DNA from: Candidatus Hydrogenedentota bacterium
Lineage (GTDB): Bacteria; UBA8481; J006
Assembly (NCBI GenBank): GCA_003697085.1
Contig: RFFU01000040.1
Span: forward strand, 3,133-67,132
Direction of reading: 5' to 3'
Length of the DNA stretch: 64,000 bases
This document shows, piece by piece, positions 9,711 through 18,539 of the stretch. Under the pieces are notes generated by a model, which saw only the letters and a program-made list of their open reading frames with translations, was not told the origin of the DNA and made no database searches. Both the position numbers and the translations under genes were made by a program. The number at the start of each line of letters is the position of its first letter. Within the stretch, counting starts at the first letter, position 1.

Positions 9711-10486
9711 CGGCGGCGGAATTCCTCGAAGCACACACCCTGCCCTTTACGCTCGTCTTCGTCCGGATGGGATCGATCTTCGTGCTCACCCCTGTCTTCA
9801 ACATCGCGGAACTTCCGCGCCGCGTCAAGGGTTGGACCGCGGCCGCGCTGGCGCTGGTGGTCTATCCGTTCACCGCTCCTTTCCTGCCTCCCGTGGCTGG
9901 ATTCGGACCGGTCTATCTCCTCCATCTCTTCCAGTCCGCTCTCGTGGGAATCCTGATCGGATTGATTGTCCAGGTCTATTACACGTCGTTTCTGATGGCC
10001 GGCGAGTTCTACAGTCTCCAGTTGGGCTTCGGTATCGTGAACGTCCTTGATCCGCTCTCCGCCACCTCCATTCCGATTCTCGGGCAGTTGAAGTCGCTCT
10101 TTGCGATCATCGTTTTCATATTGATCGGGGGGCATCGGATGGTGATCGAGGCGTTGATTTACTCCTTCAAGGCGGTTCCGGTCTTTGGAATCGCCGCGGC
10201 GCGGCCGTTGGCGGCGGTGATGGTCGGAAGTCTCCGGGAGATGTTCATCATCGCCTTCCAGATCGCGGCGCCGATGATGGGAACGATCTTTCTCGTTGAA
10301 CTGGTCTTGGGGATTCTCTCGAAGATGGCTCCGCAGATGAACATTATGGTGGCCGGGTTTCAGATCAAGATCGCGGTGGGGCTCATCATCCTCTTGATGA
10401 TCATTCCCGCAATCTATACCGTCGTGGATAACACGTTCTACCACTCGTTTCTCGTGATCCGCGCGGTTTTGAGGAGTATGGCGTGA
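9707..10486 (+). CDS. fliR: flagellar type III export apparatus protein FliR
   Basis: Multi-TM protein beginning FLEAHTLPFTLVFVRMGSIFVLTPVF (FliR N-terminal pattern). GTG 9707 overlaps the fliQ TGA (GTGA). The ORF track's upstream extension to 9641 would overlap fliQ by 70 nt and is unlikely. Confidence 0.8.
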   Translation: MTAAEFLEAHTLPFTLVFVRMGSIFVLTPVFNIAELPRRVKGWTAAALALVVYPFTAPFLPPVAGFGPVYLLHLFQSALVGILIGLIVQVYYTSFLMAGEFYSLQLGFGIVNVLDPLSATSIPILGQLKSLFAIIVFILIGGHRMVIEALIYSFKAVPVFGIAAARPLAAVMVGSLREMFIIAFQIAAPMMGTIFLVELVLGILSKMAPQMNIMVAGFQIKIAVGLIILLMIIPAIYTVVDNTFYHSFLVIRAVLRSMA

Positions 10487-11712
10487 ACGGAAGAGTGCGC
10501 CAGATCGCCGATTTCATAATGCCTTTCTCTTTTCCTCCGCTCTTCGGTAAGGGTCTTCTCGTGAGGGGTCGTGAAAGCGGAGAAGGAAGAGGAAAGTACC
10601 GGGCGGCCGCCGGGCGACTTTATTTTGATCTCCAAATGTTCGCCGCCGAGGACGAAGGGCGGACGGAGGATCCGACAAACAAGAAGATATCGAAAGCGCG
10701 CGAGCAAGGACAGGTTGCGAAATCTCAAGAGGTGAACCAGATCGTCACGTTGTTTATGGGCTGCCTTATCGGGTTTCTCGTCTTCCCCAGGGTCGTGATG
10801 AAGGAAGTGGATCACCTCCGGTACTTCTTCGAGAACCTCGGCACTCTCGAACTCACGGACGGCTCCTTGAGGACTTTGATCCTCGAGAACATTCTCCATC
10901 TCTTGAACGTGATTTGGCCCGTCATTCTCGTGCAGGTGATCGTGGCGATAGGGATCAACGTGCTGCAGGTCGGTTGGCTCTTTACGTGGAATCCGCTCAA
11001 GCCGAAACTGAATAAGATCTTTCCGCAGCCGAAGAAACTGATCGACCGGCTCGTCATCGGAAAGACGGTCCTCTTCAACCTCTTCAAATCCTTCTTGAAA
11101 GTGGTCGGGTGCGGTTTCATCGCGTATCTCGTTTTGAAGAAGAACCTTCCGCAACTTCTGACGCTGTGGAAATTGATGCCCTATCCGGTAACGGCGACGA
11201 TCCTGAAGATCGCCTTCGAGCTTCTCTGGAAGATCAGCGTGTTGTTGGGGATTTTGGCGCTGGCCGACTATGCCTATTCGCGCTACCAGTGGAAGGATTC
11301 TTTGAAGATGACGAAGCAGGAAGTGAAGGACGAACGGCGGCAGTCGGAAGGGGACCCCGAGATCAAGAAAGCGCAGCGGCGGCGGATGATGGAAGTGGTG
11401 CGACGGAGGATGATGCGGGAGATCCCGACGGCGGATGTCGTCATCACGAATCCGACGCACTATGCCGTGGCCATCAAGTACGACAACGCGACGATGCAGG
11501 CCCCGACGGTCGTCGCGAAAGGGGAAGGGTTTTTGGCGATCAAGATCCGGCAGATCGCCGAGGAGAACGGGGTGCCGGTCGTGGAGAACAAGCCGTTGGC
11601 GCAGGCACTGTATCGCGGGGTCGAGATCGGATCGGAGATCCCGCCGCAGTTCTATCAGGCCGTGGCTGAGGTCTTGGCGTACGTGTACCGTATGAAGAGG
11701 AAGGCTTCCTGA
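10483..11712 (+). CDS. flhB: flagellar type III export apparatus switch protein FlhB
   Basis: Conserved FlhB N-terminus (AAEDEGRTEDPTNKKISKAREQGQVAKSQEV). Four TM segments and the NPTH autocleavage site (VVITNPTHYAVAIKY) are present. GTG 10483 overlaps the fliR TGA but adds 51 non-conserved residues. ATG 10636 (MFAAEDEG...) is the conserved-core start. Confidence 0.85.
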   Translation: MNGRVRQIADFIMPFSFPPLFGKGLLVRGRESGEGRGKYRAAAGRLYFDLQMFAAEDEGRTEDPTNKKISKAREQGQVAKSQEVNQIVTLFMGCLIGFLVFPRVVMKEVDHLRYFFENLGTLELTDGSLRTLILENILHLLNVIWPVILVQVIVAIGINVLQVGWLFTWNPLKPKLNKIFPQPKKLIDRLVIGKTVLFNLFKSFLKVVGCGFIAYLVLKKNLPQLLTLWKLMPYPVTATILKIAFELLWKISVLLGILALADYAYSRYQWKDSLKMTKQEVKDERRQSEGDPEIKKAQRRRMMEVVRRRMMREIPTADVVITNPTHYAVAIKYDNATMQAPTVVAKGEGFLAIKIRQIAEENGVPVVENKPLAQALYRGVEIGSEIPPQFYQAVAEVLAYVYRMKRKAS

Positions 11713-13775
11713 TGGCACGCCCGAAGACGCTTCCCGATTCGATTCTCAAGAACGCCGATGCCATGATCGCGCTCGGCGTCGCCGTCGTCGTGATCATGAT
11801 GGTCATTCCCATCCCCGCTTGGGTTTTGGATATCGGTATGGCTCTCTCGATCACGATCTCGATGATCGTACTCCTTTCCGTTATGTACACGGTGAAGGCG
11901 ATCGATTTTTCGGCGTTCCCCTCGCTTCTGCTTCTCACCACCGTTTACCGCCTCTCGCTCAACGTCTCCTCGACGCGCTTGATCCTGTCACAAGGAACCG
12001 CGTTTCAAGGAAAGATCATCCGTTTCTTCGGGGAGGTGGTCGTTTCGGGAAATTACGTCATCGGGATCGTCGTCTTTCTGATATTGGTGGCGATTCAATT
12101 TATGGTGATCGTCAAGGGCGCGACGCGGGTATCAGAGGTGGCGGCGCGGTTCACCCTCGATGCCATGCCGGGAAAACAGATGGCGATCGATGCCGACCTC
12201 AACTCGGGCATCATTACGGAGAAGGAAGCCATTGAGCGGCGGGAGGAGATTCGGAGGGAAGCGGACTTTTACGGTGCCATGGACGGCGCCAGCAAATTCG
12301 TGCAGGGAGATGTCATCGCGGGGCTGGTGATCACCGCGATCAATATCATCGGCGGACTCTCGATCGGTGTCCTGATGAAAGGAGAGCCGGTCGTGGAGGC
12401 GGCGAGCACATACACGTTATTGACGATCGGCGACGGGCTCGTCTCGCAGATTCCCTCGCTTCTCATCTCGATGTCCACCGGCTTGATCGTGACGCGCGCC
12501 GCCTCGGAGGATAACCTCGGTGTGGATGTAATATCTCAGCTGACGATGCAACCGCGGGCTCTTATGATCGCCAGCGGAATGCTGGGATTCCTCGGCGCGC
12601 TCTATCTCGGTTGGCCGATGTTGCTCTTCAGTGCGCTCACCGGCACGCTCGCCTGGACCTGCCAGAGGACGGTCAAGGAACTTCAGAAGGAGGAGGAGGT
12701 CCGCGAGAAGAAGGACCAGGCGAAACAAAGAAAACCCGAGAACGTGGCCTCGCTTTTGGCCGTCGATCCGTTGGAGGTCGAGATCGGATACGCACTGATT
12801 CCGCTTGTCGATCCCGAGCAAGGGGGGGATCTCCTGGAGCGGATCACGATGATTCGAAGGCAGATGGCGTTGGAACTGGGGTTGATTGTTCCGCCGATCC
12901 GCATTCGGGACAATATGCAGTTCCGGCCGAATCAGTATGCGATCAAGATCAAGGGAGTCGAGGTCGCCTCCGCCTCGATCAAGACGGACCAATATCTCGC
13001 GATGAATCCGGGGACGGCGACGGCGGAGCTCAAGGGGGAGGCCACGCGCGAACCGGCGTTCGGATTGCCCGCCGTCTGGATCCGCGAACGGGATCGGCAG
13101 AAGGCGGAATTGGCGGGGTACACGGTCGTCGATCCGCCGTCGGTGATTGCCACGCATTTGACCGAGATTCTCAAGCGGCATGCTTTCGAGATTCTGGGAC
13201 GGCAGGAGACCCAACAGATTCTCGACGAGATCAAGAAGCATTATCCGGCATTGGTCGAAGATGCGACGAAGGCGCTCAGTGTCGGCGAGATTCACAAGAT
13301 TCTGCAGAACCTGTTGCGGGAAGGAGTGCCGATCCGCGATATGGTGACGATTCTGGAGACGATCGCGGATCGAACCGCAGCGTATGGGAAGGATCTGGAC
13401 CGGTTGACGGAAGTCGTTCGGGCCGCCTTGGCGCGCCACATTACGAAGCAGTATCTCTCCGACGACGGGACACTGGCGGTCATAACGTTGGATCCGAGGT
13501 TGGAGGAGGAAGTTGTTGCGGGGGTCGAGATCACACCGGAGGGGCGAACGATCAATATGGATCCGGCGCGGATCCAACGAATTCTGGAGAAGTTGGGAGT
13601 GGAGGCGGAGAAGGCGGTTCAGGCGGGAATCAGTCCTTTGGTTTTGACTTCGCCGCGAGCCCGGGCTGCGTTCAAGACACTGACCCAGCGGGCTGCTCCG
13701 AACCTGGTGGTGCTGTCCTTCAGTGAGATTATTCCGGATATCGAGATTCGGACGATTGGGACGGTGGCGGCGTGA
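11712..13775 (+). CDS. flhA: flagellar type III export apparatus protein FlhA
   Basis: 687 aa with an N-terminal multi-TM domain (FHIPD-like region), then the large cytoplasmic FlhA domain. The ATG overlaps the flhB TGA (ATGA). Confidence 0.9.
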   Translation: MARPKTLPDSILKNADAMIALGVAVVVIMMVIPIPAWVLDIGMALSITISMIVLLSVMYTVKAIDFSAFPSLLLLTTVYRLSLNVSSTRLILSQGTAFQGKIIRFFGEVVVSGNYVIGIVVFLILVAIQFMVIVKGATRVSEVAARFTLDAMPGKQMAIDADLNSGIITEKEAIERREEIRREADFYGAMDGASKFVQGDVIAGLVITAINIIGGLSIGVLMKGEPVVEAASTYTLLTIGDGLVSQIPSLLISMSTGLIVTRAASEDNLGVDVISQLTMQPRALMIASGMLGFLGALYLGWPMLLFSALTGTLAWTCQRTVKELQKEEEVREKKDQAKQRKPENVASLLAVDPLEVEIGYALIPLVDPEQGGDLLERITMIRRQMALELGLIVPPIRIRDNMQFRPNQYAIKIKGVEVASASIKTDQYLAMNPGTATAELKGEATREPAFGLPAVWIRERDRQKAELAGYTVVDPPSVIATHLTEILKRHAFEILGRQETQQILDEIKKHYPALVEDATKALSVGEIHKILQNLLREGVPIRDMVTILETIADRTAAYGKDLDRLTEVVRAALARHITKQYLSDDGTLAVITLDPRLEEEVVAGVEITPEGRTINMDPARIQRILEKLGVEAEKAVQAGISPLVLTSPRARAAFKTLTQRAAPNLVVLSFSEIIPDIEIRTIGTVAA

Positions 13776-14040
13776 CGGACCACGGAAAGAACGGAAGAGA
13801 ACGGAAGGGAGGAGACCACGGAAGACACGGAGGACACGGAAGGGAAGGAACCACGGAAAGCACGGAGAGCACGGAAAGAAGGAAAACCACGGAAAGCACG
13901 GAAGACGCGGAAGAAAGGAAGGCAAAAGGAAAAAATCAAAAGGAGGGGCGATATTGGGGCGCAGGAGTGCGGTATGCCGCGCCCAAAAAAAGAGGCGAGG
14001 AGGGTTTTCGAGAAAAGAATGAGAAAGGAAAACAAAGGAA
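13776..14040 (+). repeat. Purine-rich degenerate tandem repeat (CACGGAAG / GGCAAAAGG units) in the flhA-flhF spacer
   Basis: gaccacggaaagaacggaagagaacggaagggaggagaccacggaagacacggaggacacggaagggaaggaaccacggaaagcacggagagcacggaaag...ggcaaaaggaaaaaatcaaaagg. About 28 of 30 nt are shared with a unit at 29020-29050. ORFs 13723..14022 and 13772..14050 translate it as low-complexity HGK/TTEST repeats. Confidence 0.7.
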
Positions 14041-14050
14041 AGGGAGGTAG

Positions 14051-15544
14051 ATGAGGATGGTAGGGATTCGGCGGACGTTCGAGGGCGAGACGATGGGGGA
14101 GGCGCTGATCGCGATGAAGCAGCAGCTGGGAGCCGAGGCTGTTCTTTTGGGGCACTGGACGGAGAGGCGCGGCGGGTTTTTCGGCCTCGGCGGGAAAAAG
14201 ATCTACGTGGTGGAGGGCGAACGGCTGCCGCGCTGGCTGGGCGGCGAGCGGGGCGAAGAGAGCAAGAGGGGTGCCGGTGGGCGGGCAGACGTTTCAAGAA
14301 GTCCCGGTTCTGAGAGAGTGTCACGCGAGACGATCGAAAAGATTATTTCAGCGGCAAATTCGGTACGAGCAGGAACATCGAGGCGGGATTGGATTATCGA
14401 AGAAGAAGCAAAACCGGATTATTCCGCAGCGGGAGTCTATGGTTGGCCGCGTCGTCCCGCTCGAGGGAAAGACGTCATCGAGAGGGAGGTTCGTTCCGAG
14501 GAGAGGGCGACGGAAGGTCTTTCCGCGGATGAAATGATGAAGGAATTTCGCAGGGAGATTCATTCGTTGATCCGGGATGAAATCCGAGTGGCGCTGGGTG
14601 GATTTTCCGCTGATGCTTCCATTTCCTCGGGGCCCGAAGTGGAGAAAGCGGGAGGTGGGAAACGGACCGATTCCCTTTCGGAGGGACGCAACACGGTTTC
14701 GGAACCTTCTTCAGCGGGGTCCGTTCCGGTGATCGAGACGAGTAACGAGAGCGAGGTACTGGAGAAACTCTTGAAGAGGTTGGAAGCGGAGGCGGTGGAG
14801 GAAGAGATCGTGGCCGAGTTGAAGCACGCGATTTTGGATCGGACTGCGGCGGAAGAGCGGGAGGAAGAGACGATTCTACGCGCGCGGTTGGCGAAGGAAT
14901 TGGGTGGACGCCTCAGGATAGCCAAACCCCTTGCTCCGGACCCCGATTATCCGACGATTCTGGTGGCGGTGGGTCCGACAGGGGTGGGCAAAACGACGAC
15001 TCTGGCGAAGTTGGGAGCGCAGCTGCACGAAGCGGAAGGCCGAACGCTCGCTTATGTTTCACTCGACTATTACCGCATCGGCGCCGCCGAGCAGCTCAAG
15101 ACTTATTGTGACATTATGGAAGTCCCGTTCGAACAGGCAACGGAACCGGAGGAACTTCAGGAGGTCATCGAACGGCATTACGACAAGGAATTTATTCTTG
15201 TGGATACGGCGGGGAGGAGTCCGTATAACACGGAAGGGATCGATGGATTGAGAAAGATGCTTGCGGGAGCGCCGTATCGGCCGAAAGCCCTTTTGATGGT
15301 TTCGGGATCGACCGAGATCGAGGAGATGCGGCGTATTTTGGAGGAGTTTTCGATCGTCGAGGATGTCCAATTGATCTTCACGAAGGTGGACGAGACGAAT
15401 CGGTGGGGGAGGATGTTCACGGTTGCGGCGGAATCCTTGCTTCCGGTATCCTTCCTCACGACGGGACAAAGCGTTCCGGACGACATTCTCCCGGCGACGG
15501 CCGAGGCTTTCGTCGATCGGTTTCTGTCGCGGGAGGAGGCGTAG
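14051..15544 (+). CDS. flhF: flagellar biosynthesis GTPase FlhF (SRP-type GTPase)
   Basis: N-terminal FlhF-like segment (GEALIAMKQQLGAEAVLL). C-terminal SRP54-type GTPase motifs: ILVAVGPTGVGKTTTLAKLGAQ, DTAGRS, TKVDET. Strong RBS agggaggtagATG. Confidence 0.85.
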   Translation: MRMVGIRRTFEGETMGEALIAMKQQLGAEAVLLGHWTERRGGFFGLGGKKIYVVEGERLPRWLGGERGEESKRGAGGRADVSRSPGSERVSRETIEKIISAANSVRAGTSRRDWIIEEEAKPDYSAAGVYGWPRRPARGKDVIEREVRSEERATEGLSADEMMKEFRREIHSLIRDEIRVALGGFSADASISSGPEVEKAGGGKRTDSLSEGRNTVSEPSSAGSVPVIETSNESEVLEKLLKRLEAEAVEEEIVAELKHAILDRTAAEEREEETILRARLAKELGGRLRIAKPLAPDPDYPTILVAVGPTGVGKTTTLAKLGAQLHEAEGRTLAYVSLDYYRIGAAEQLKTYCDIMEVPFEQATEPEELQEVIERHYDKEFILVDTAGRSPYNTEGIDGLRKMLAGAPYRPKALLMVSGSTEIEEMRRILEEFSIVEDVQLIFTKVDETNRWGRMFTVAAESLLPVSFLTTGQSVPDDILPATAEAFVDRFLSREEA

Positions 15545-15546
15545 AG

Positions 15547-16452
15547 ATGAAGGCGGACCAAGCGGCGGCCTTACGGCTCTTACGAGGGCGGAACGGGGCG
15601 AAGCAGCGGCCATCGAGGATCGTCGGGGTCGGAAGCGGAAAGGGCGGTGTCGGCAAGACGAACGTGGCCTTGAATTTGGCAATCGAATTGGCGATGCGGG
15701 GACGGCAGACCTGTATCTTCGACGCGGATTTCGGGACGGCCAACGTCTGTATTCTGGCGGGGATCACTCCGCGATACACGGTCTCTCATGTTTTGAAACG
15801 GGGGATGGGGATCTCGGAAGTCATCGTAGAAGGTCCGGCAGGATTAAAGATCGTTCCGGGATCGAGTGGCATGCCGGACCTGGCGGATCTGGATGATTCC
15901 CGCCGCCGCCGGCTGCGGAACGCTCTCTCGAACGCAACATCACCCGCGGATTACCTTGTCGTGGACGTTGGCGCGGGGATGTCAAGCCGGGTGTTGGGGT
16001 TTCTGGAGAACGCCGATATCGTTCTGCTCGTGACGACCCCGGAACCGACTTCGGTCGCCGACGCGTATGCGTTGTTGAAGGGGCTCGTTGCGCGCGATTT
16101 CCGTTCCCGAATCGGACTGATCGTGAACCGTGCCGAGAGTATCCAACAGGCGAGAACGACGGCGGAGCGGTTCCGTGTCTCGGCGATGAAATATCTCGAA
16201 CAGCCGGTGGAGTGGAGCGGGTTTATTCTGGAGGACGCGGAGGTAAGGAAAGCCGTGGCCCGGCGGCGGCCGTTTGCCTGCGCGGCGCGGTGCAGTCGCG
16301 CGGCGCGTTCCGTGGCGATGATCGCGGACCGTATCGAAGGGGCCTCCGTTCCGGAACGAGCCTTCGATGCTCTCGAATGCGGCTGGTCGTTTCTCAGATT
16401 GTTTCGGAGTCTCCTTTTTACGGGGCCGCGGGAAGAGCCCGCGTTGTGCTGA
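15547..16452 (+). CDS. flhG: MinD/ParA-family ATPase FlhG (FleN)
   Basis: Deviant Walker A motif GVGSGKGGVGKTNVALNLA, plus DADFG and DVGAG motifs, immediately downstream of flhF. ATG 15547 follows the flhF TAG. ORF track 15403.. is an upstream extension overlapping flhF. Confidence 0.8.
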   Translation: MKADQAAALRLLRGRNGAKQRPSRIVGVGSGKGGVGKTNVALNLAIELAMRGRQTCIFDADFGTANVCILAGITPRYTVSHVLKRGMGISEVIVEGPAGLKIVPGSSGMPDLADLDDSRRRRLRNALSNATSPADYLVVDVGAGMSSRVLGFLENADIVLLVTTPEPTSVADAYALLKGLVARDFRSRIGLIVNRAESIQQARTTAERFRVSAMKYLEQPVEWSGFILEDAEVRKAVARRRPFACAARCSRAARSVAMIADRIEGASVPERAFDALECGWSFLRLFRSLLFTGPREEPALC

Positions 16453-16465
16453 AGAGTTTGATCGT

Positions 16466-17059
16466 ATGACGGGAAGGGACTGGAACGAGCGAAGACTGAA
16501 ATGGGCCCGGCGCCGGGCCCGCGAGCGGAACGATATCGAATCGTGGAGGCTACTGCGCGATCTTGCCGCGGCGCTTGGGTTCACCGAGGAAGCGCGCGCG
16601 GCCGCTCTTCACATCGAGGAATTTACGGCCGGAACTCCGGCGCGATCTGGTTCCAAACGAGCAAAGAGAAGAAGTCAGGAGAATAACGATCGAAGTCAGG
16701 AGGATAAGGTTCAGGAAACGCAGCGGGAGGCGCCTCGGCGGGAAAAGCCTCCTCTTTCCGTTGAAAGGAACGAAGCGGAGTCCCTTGCTGTTCGAGAAAA
16801 AGAAGTCGACGACAAGGCCCGTGGTTTGGACGAAACGTACTCCCCGGCCCCGGTTCGCTATCGATTGAAGACGGGGTTGGGAGAGTTGCGCCGGGTGTGG
16901 TGGGAGGAGTTCAAGAGAGTTACGGGACGGAGCGGTTCAGCGATACGTTTTTCCACGACGGAGCCGAATGAGATGGAGTTGGCGGTGGTTTCGGAGAAGG
17001 AAAGGCGGCTGGCCGCGCTCCTCGAGCAACATCCGGACATCGAGAAGGCGGCGTCTTGA
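16466..17059 (+). CDS. hypothetical protein, charged/coiled, no recognised domain, in the flhG-fliA gap
   Basis: 197 aa (MTGRDWNERRLKWARRRARERNDIESW...). ATG lies 14 nt after the flhG stop. The ORF is maintained within a tightly packed operon. No family is recognised. Confidence 0.4.
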   Translation: MTGRDWNERRLKWARRRARERNDIESWRLLRDLAAALGFTEEARAAALHIEEFTAGTPARSGSKRAKRRSQENNDRSQEDKVQETQREAPRREKPPLSVERNEAESLAVREKEVDDKARGLDETYSPAPVRYRLKTGLGELRRVWWEEFKRVTGRSGSAIRFSTTEPNEMELAVVSEKERRLAALLEQHPDIEKAAS

Positions 17060-17466
17060 TCAGGAGACGGAGGTGTGGTGGATTTTCAATCCTTCTGTTT
17101 CTCTTCTTTTGCGGTGTGGCATTGATTGCGGGAGCGGTTCGATGGATTCAGATGGGCGACCTTTCCCCTCAAGCGAAGGCTCTGGAGTCCGGACTCATTG
17201 CGGTAGCGGTTCTGGGTGTCGGTGTTGTGATCCAAATCATCCTTTTGACGCTGGAGGGAGGCAAAGCATCCTCGGCTCCGGTTCGGTCACGGGGCGGTCC
17301 CACCAAGACCGATATTTCCTCGATTCGACCCGAGGAATTGGCTAACATTGAATCGGAGTTGCCTGAGGTGGAGAAACCGGAGGTGACCGGAGTGCACGGC
17401 CGGCCCCCTGAGGAACTGGCCCAGGTCCTCCGAGAGATGGCGGGCGAAGAGGAGAAGGGGGAATGA
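17056..17466 (+). CDS. hypothetical small membrane protein (2 predicted TM)
   Basis: TTG start overlaps the upstream TGA. Two hydrophobic helices (FSILLFLFFCGVALIAGAV and LIAVAVLGVGVVIQIILLTL) precede an acidic tail. The start is uncertain. Confidence 0.35.
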   Translation: MIRRRRCGGFSILLFLFFCGVALIAGAVRWIQMGDLSPQAKALESGLIAVAVLGVGVVIQIILLTLEGGKASSAPVRSRGGPTKTDISSIRPEELANIESELPEVEKPEVTGVHGRPPEELAQVLREMAGEEEKGE

Positions 17467-17500
17467 GTCAGCGGCGAGCCGAGGGTGTGGAGCGGATTTG

Positions 17501-18538
17501 ATGGTGGAAGAGAGAGGAACAAGCTTGGAGACGGACATCCCGAGAGAGCGCGGGGATTCCGCTCCCCTCCTCGAGGTATCCTCGAGCGGGCGGATACGCC
17601 ATATGTGCGCGGTCAAGGGCGCCTTTGCCGGGGATTTCACGGAGGTTCGTGGAGCCTTCATCGCGATCTTCGATATGGATCGCGAGATGGTCGAGCGGGT
17701 CTTCGTCGCGGTTGTCGGGGACAGCACGGATCTGAGGATGAGGGTGGACCAGGGGTGGAAGGAATTGGAAGACGCGATCGTCTCGGCGAAACTCTCCGGG
17801 CTGACGGCGAACCAAATGACTTCCGATGTCCAAAAATATCTCCGTCAGATGTTGCGTGACGATTTCGGGACGGAGGTGATCGAGGGGATCAAGACGGATC
17901 ACGAGGCGGATGTGCGAAGAATCCTGATGGAGATATTATCGCGAGCGATCGCGGACAGCCGGGTTCTTTTGCAGATCGATGTGGAGCGTTTCGAACAGGT
18001 GGAGGGGGAAGAGGAGGATCGCGGAGAGGAGCGGGAGGGGGATGAGGCGAAGGACACGGATGCGGTGCCGGGGGCCGAGGCGGTGAAGCCGATGGACCGG
18101 TTGTTGACGATCAAAGTTGATCCGATTTTGGCGCCGGTCACGGGAACCCCAGCGAAGGATCTTTCTCCCGGAACGACGATCCTTGTTTACCCGCGCGAGA
18201 CCTCGACGGTGCGAAAGAACGCGATGAAATTGCTGGCGGCGCGGCAAGGGCGAAAGGAAGGGGAAGCGTTGGAGGGGCGGGTTCTTTCGGTGACTCCAGC
18301 CGAGTTTGATCGCGTAACGATTCGGATGTCGATGGGGGAGAGTCTGCAGGGCCTGGCGAACATCTCGGGGGAGTTGCGCGTGAAGACGGCTGAGGCGACC
18401 GTATCGCAGGGGTTCCTCTGGTCGGATGAACCGGCGGTTGGCGGTGGAATCACCACGAAACATTTTGTGCTCGCCGCGCTCGCGATTCTGTTGATAATGG
18501 CGGTTATGGCCTATTTCGTTTTTGGAGGAGAGTTCTAG
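17501..18538 (+). CDS. hypothetical protein with C-terminal TM anchor
   Basis: About 345 aa with an acidic low-complexity linker (EGEEEDRGEEREGDEAKD). A C-terminal TM (HFVLAALAILLIMAVMAYFVF) is present. It ends 2 nt before the fliA ATG. No recognised family. Confidence 0.45.
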   Translation: MVEERGTSLETDIPRERGDSAPLLEVSSSGRIRHMCAVKGAFAGDFTEVRGAFIAIFDMDREMVERVFVAVVGDSTDLRMRVDQGWKELEDAIVSAKLSGLTANQMTSDVQKYLRQMLRDDFGTEVIEGIKTDHEADVRRILMEILSRAIADSRVLLQIDVERFEQVEGEEEDRGEEREGDEAKDTDAVPGAEAVKPMDRLLTIKVDPILAPVTGTPAKDLSPGTTILVYPRETSTVRKNAMKLLAARQGRKEGEALEGRVLSVTPAEFDRVTIRMSMGESLQGLANISGELRVKTAEATVSQGFLWSDEPAVGGGITTKHFVLAALAILLIMAVMAYFVFGGEF

Positions 18539-18539
18539 G

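Noticed and set aside
13776-14040. Possible CRISPR array (repetitive units)
   Set aside because: The units are 8-10 nt, degenerate, contiguous and purine-biased. There are no 25-40-nt direct repeats with unique spacers, and no cas genes are present.
13723-14050. ORFs 13723..14022 and 13772..14050 encoding HGKHGEHGKK / TTESTESTE low-complexity peptides
   Set aside because: Their sequence is entirely the purine-rich CACGGAAG repeat. The same repeat occurs in non-coding context after fumC and in the gspK-gspL spacer, so it is a DNA repeat rather than a gene. A small disordered protein cannot be fully excluded.
12417-14324. 635-aa minus-strand ORF
   Set aside because: It is antisense to flhA and the repeat spacer, with P/R/S-rich low-complexity sequence.
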